Of a DNA stretch of 60,303 nt, positions 58,438-60,303 are shown in pieces. The translations under genes and the position numbers were made by a program. Each line of letters opens with the position of its first letter. Position 1 is the first letter of the stretch. The notes beneath the pieces are model-generated. The model saw nothing but the letters and a program-made list of their open reading frames with translations. It did no database searches and was not told the origin of the DNA. The DNA is from an uncultured Clostridia bacterium (GTDB lineage: Bacteria; Bacillota; Clostridia; Christensenellales; UBA1750). The stretch spans positions 1-60,303 of the forward strand of contig CALWRM010000028.1 of the NCBI GenBank assembly GCA_944383925.1, read 5' to 3'.

Positions 58438-58449
58438 CAACCGTTTCCC

Positions 58450-60303
58450 TCACGCCTTGGCCACGGCCAACAGGCGCAGGGAATTGAGCACGCAGAGCAC
58501 CGCCAGGCCCGCGTCGGCGAACACCGCCACCCACATGGGGCACCAGCCAAGGGCCGAGAGCAGCAGGAAGGCCGCCTTGGCCCCCAGGGCGAAGAGGGCG
58601 TTCTGCTTGACGTTGCGCATCGTCCGCCTGGCGATGTCCAGGGCGGCCAGCAGGCCCTTGGGGCCGCCGCCCAACAGCACCACGTCCGCCGCCTCGATGG
58701 CCGCGTCCGATCCGGACAGGCCGATGGCCACCCCCACGTCCGCGGCCAGCAGGCAGGGGGCGTCGTTGACGCCGTCGCCCACATACACCGCGTGCTCGCC
58801 CAGGCTTTCCAGCGCCTCCACCTTCTGGTCCGGCAACAGCTCCGCGCGCAGCTCCAGGCCGCCCAGCTCCCCTGCGATGTGCTCAGCGATGGCGCGGTTG
58901 TCGCCGCTGAGCATGGCGATGCGGCCGATGCCCCGCGCCCGAAGGCCCTCGATGGTCTCCCTTGCCTGGGGATGTAGGGTGTCGCGCAGCTCCACCGCGC
59001 CCAGGTAGCGCCCGTCCAGGGCCGCAAGCACGCCCGTCGCCTGCAGCTCCGGCGCGTCCACCCCCGCTTCCTGTAGCAGGCGGCGGTTGCCCACCAGCAG
59101 GGTCTTGCCCGCGTACCGGCACCGCAACCCAAGGCCCGCCAGCTCCTGCAACTCCTCCACGGGCACGGGCTGGGCCGCCGCGGCCAGGGCCTTGGCGATG
59201 GGATGGTCGCTCCCGCTCTCCGCCGACGCCACGGCCCGCAGCAGCTCCTCCTCGGTCACGCCCGATGCGGGCAGGGCGCGGCGAACGCTCAACTCGCCCT
59301 TGGTCAGGGTGCCCGTCTTGTCAAAGGCCACCGTCCTGGCCTCGGCCAGGCGCTCCAGGGCCGCGCCGCCCTTGCAAAGCACGCCCATGCGGCTGGCCGC
59401 GCCGATGCCGCAGAAAAAGGATAGGGGAATGGACAGCACCAGCGCGCAGGGGCAGGAAACCACCAGGAAGGAGAGCGCCCGGTACACCCATACGGAGGCG
59501 TCGCCGCCAAAGAGCAGGGGCACCGTGCCCAGCAGGAAGGCCGCGCCCACCACCACCGGGGTGTAGATCCTGGCAAAGCGCGTGAAGAACAGCTCCGCCT
59601 TGGCCCTGCCCTTGGCCGCGTCCTGGATGCGGGCCAGGGCCCTGCTCACCGCCGATTCGCCGGCCGGACGGGTCACCCGCAGCACCAGACGGGCATTGAG
59701 GTTGATGCAGCCGGAGAGCACCTCGTCGCCCACGGCGACCTCCCGCGGCAGGGACTCGCCGGTCATGTCCCTGGTATCCAGCGCGCCTGCGCCCTCGACC
59801 ACCACGCCGTCCAGGGGAATGCGCTCGCCGGGCCTGAGCTCGATACAGGCCCCGGCGGGCACCTCCTCCGGCGATACCCGGCGAACCCTCCCCTTCTCCA
59901 GCAGGTTGGCGTGGTCCGGCCGCACGGCCATCAGCTTTTCGATGGAGGCCCTGGAGCGCCGCACCGCCGCCGCCTGCAGCTGCTCGCCCAGGTTGAAGAG
60001 CAGCATCACCATCGCGCCCTCCGCATACTCTCCCAGCAGGCAGGCGCCGATGGTGGCAACCGACATCAGTAGGTTCTCGTCCAGGGGATTGACCAACGGC
60101 CCCCTCCGCAGGGATTTGACAAACCCCGACAAGGTTCTGGCGCTGGAGAGCAGGACCTCGCCCCCCGCCAGCAACCAGCTGACCACGAAGGCCAGAGGCC
60201 GGAAGCGCTCCGGAAGCGCCAGGGCCAGAAGAAAGGCCGCCGCCGCGATGGCCAGCAGCGCGCGCTCCCGCCGGACGGACCCCTGGCCATGGTCGTGGTC
60301 GTG
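58450..60303 (-). CDS. Heavy-metal P1B-type ATPase (CadA/ZntA-like), 5' truncated
   Basis: 'TGES', 'SCPC', 'DKTGT', 'HP', 'GDGVNDAP'; the frame is open to the window edge, with His-rich 'HDHDHG'. Confidence 0.95.
   Translation of the reverse strand, partial: HDHDHGQGSVRRERALLAIAAAAFLLALALPERFRPLAFVVSWLLAGGEVLLSSARTLSGFVKSLRRGPLVNPLDENLLMSVATIGACLLGEYAEGAMVMLLFNLGEQLQAAAVRRSRASIEKLMAVRPDHANLLEKGRVRRVSPEEVPAGACIELRPGERIPLDGVVVEGAGALDTRDMTGESLPREVAVGDEVLSGCINLNARLVLRVTRPAGESAVSRALARIQDAAKGRAKAELFFTRFARIYTPVVVGAAFLLGTVPLLFGGDASVWVYRALSFLVVSCPCALVLSIPLSFFCGIGAASRMGVLCKGGAALERLAEARTVAFDKTGTLTKGELSVRRALPASGVTEEELLRAVASAESGSDHPIAKALAAAAQPVPVEELQELAGLGLRCRYAGKTLLVGNRRLLQEAGVDAPELQATGVLAALDGRYLGAVELRDTLHPQARETIEGLRARGIGRIAMLSGDNRAIAEHIAGELGGLELRAELLPDQKVEALESLGEHAVYVGDGVNDAPCLLAADVGVAIGLSGSDAAIEAADVVLLGGGPKGLLAALDIARRTMRNVKQNALFALGAKAAFLLLSALGWCPMWVAVFADAGLAVLCVLNSLRLLAVAKA

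Larger units (their letters stand above)
57626..58449 (+). repeat. Array of five diverged copies (about 138-142 bp) of the dedA 3' end, with a duplicated terminator
   Basis: Units begin AGGAC(T/A)TCCTGCTGGAATA at 57626, 57963, 58101 and 58243, plus a 5'-truncated copy from about 57848; all contain ATCCGCTCCAAGCTCTC. Confidence 0.92.

Noticed and set aside
57626-58449. CRISPR array or DGR template/variable repeats
   Set aside because: The units are ~140 bp and similar along their whole length, with no unique spacers. The differences are not confined to adenines, and no cas or reverse transcriptase gene is present.

Overview
This is a GC-rich bacterial chromosome segment with Bacillota/Clostridia gene content; a gut Christensenellales-like lineage is my inference. 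It is mostly housekeeping: nrdDG, then rimP-nusA-ylxR-ylxQ-infB-rbfA-nrnA-truB-ribF, rpsO, pnp, an M16 peptidase and a dUTPase, plus thiT with a TPP riboswitch, hflX, fucO, ddh, ade, nagA and several carbohydrate and hydrolase genes. I see no CRISPR array, integrase, transposase, rRNA or tRNA. The strongest candidate for a new system is an intact, host-like phage terminase large subunit (54451-55818). It is translationally coupled to a 65-aa ORF that resembles a small terminase lacking its DNA-binding head, and it sits alone between housekeeping genes, which suggests a domesticated or GTA-like packaging module. Other oddities are a tandem array of diverged copies of the dedA 3' end, a divergent pair of ribbon-helix-helix genes with back-to-back promoters, a duplicated 67-bp double-hairpin element and a lipoprotein serpin with a non-inhibitory hinge. 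An in-frame TAG in infB and a homopolymer frameshift are most simply explained as consensus errors. All product calls come from recognising motifs by eye; no database search was run.
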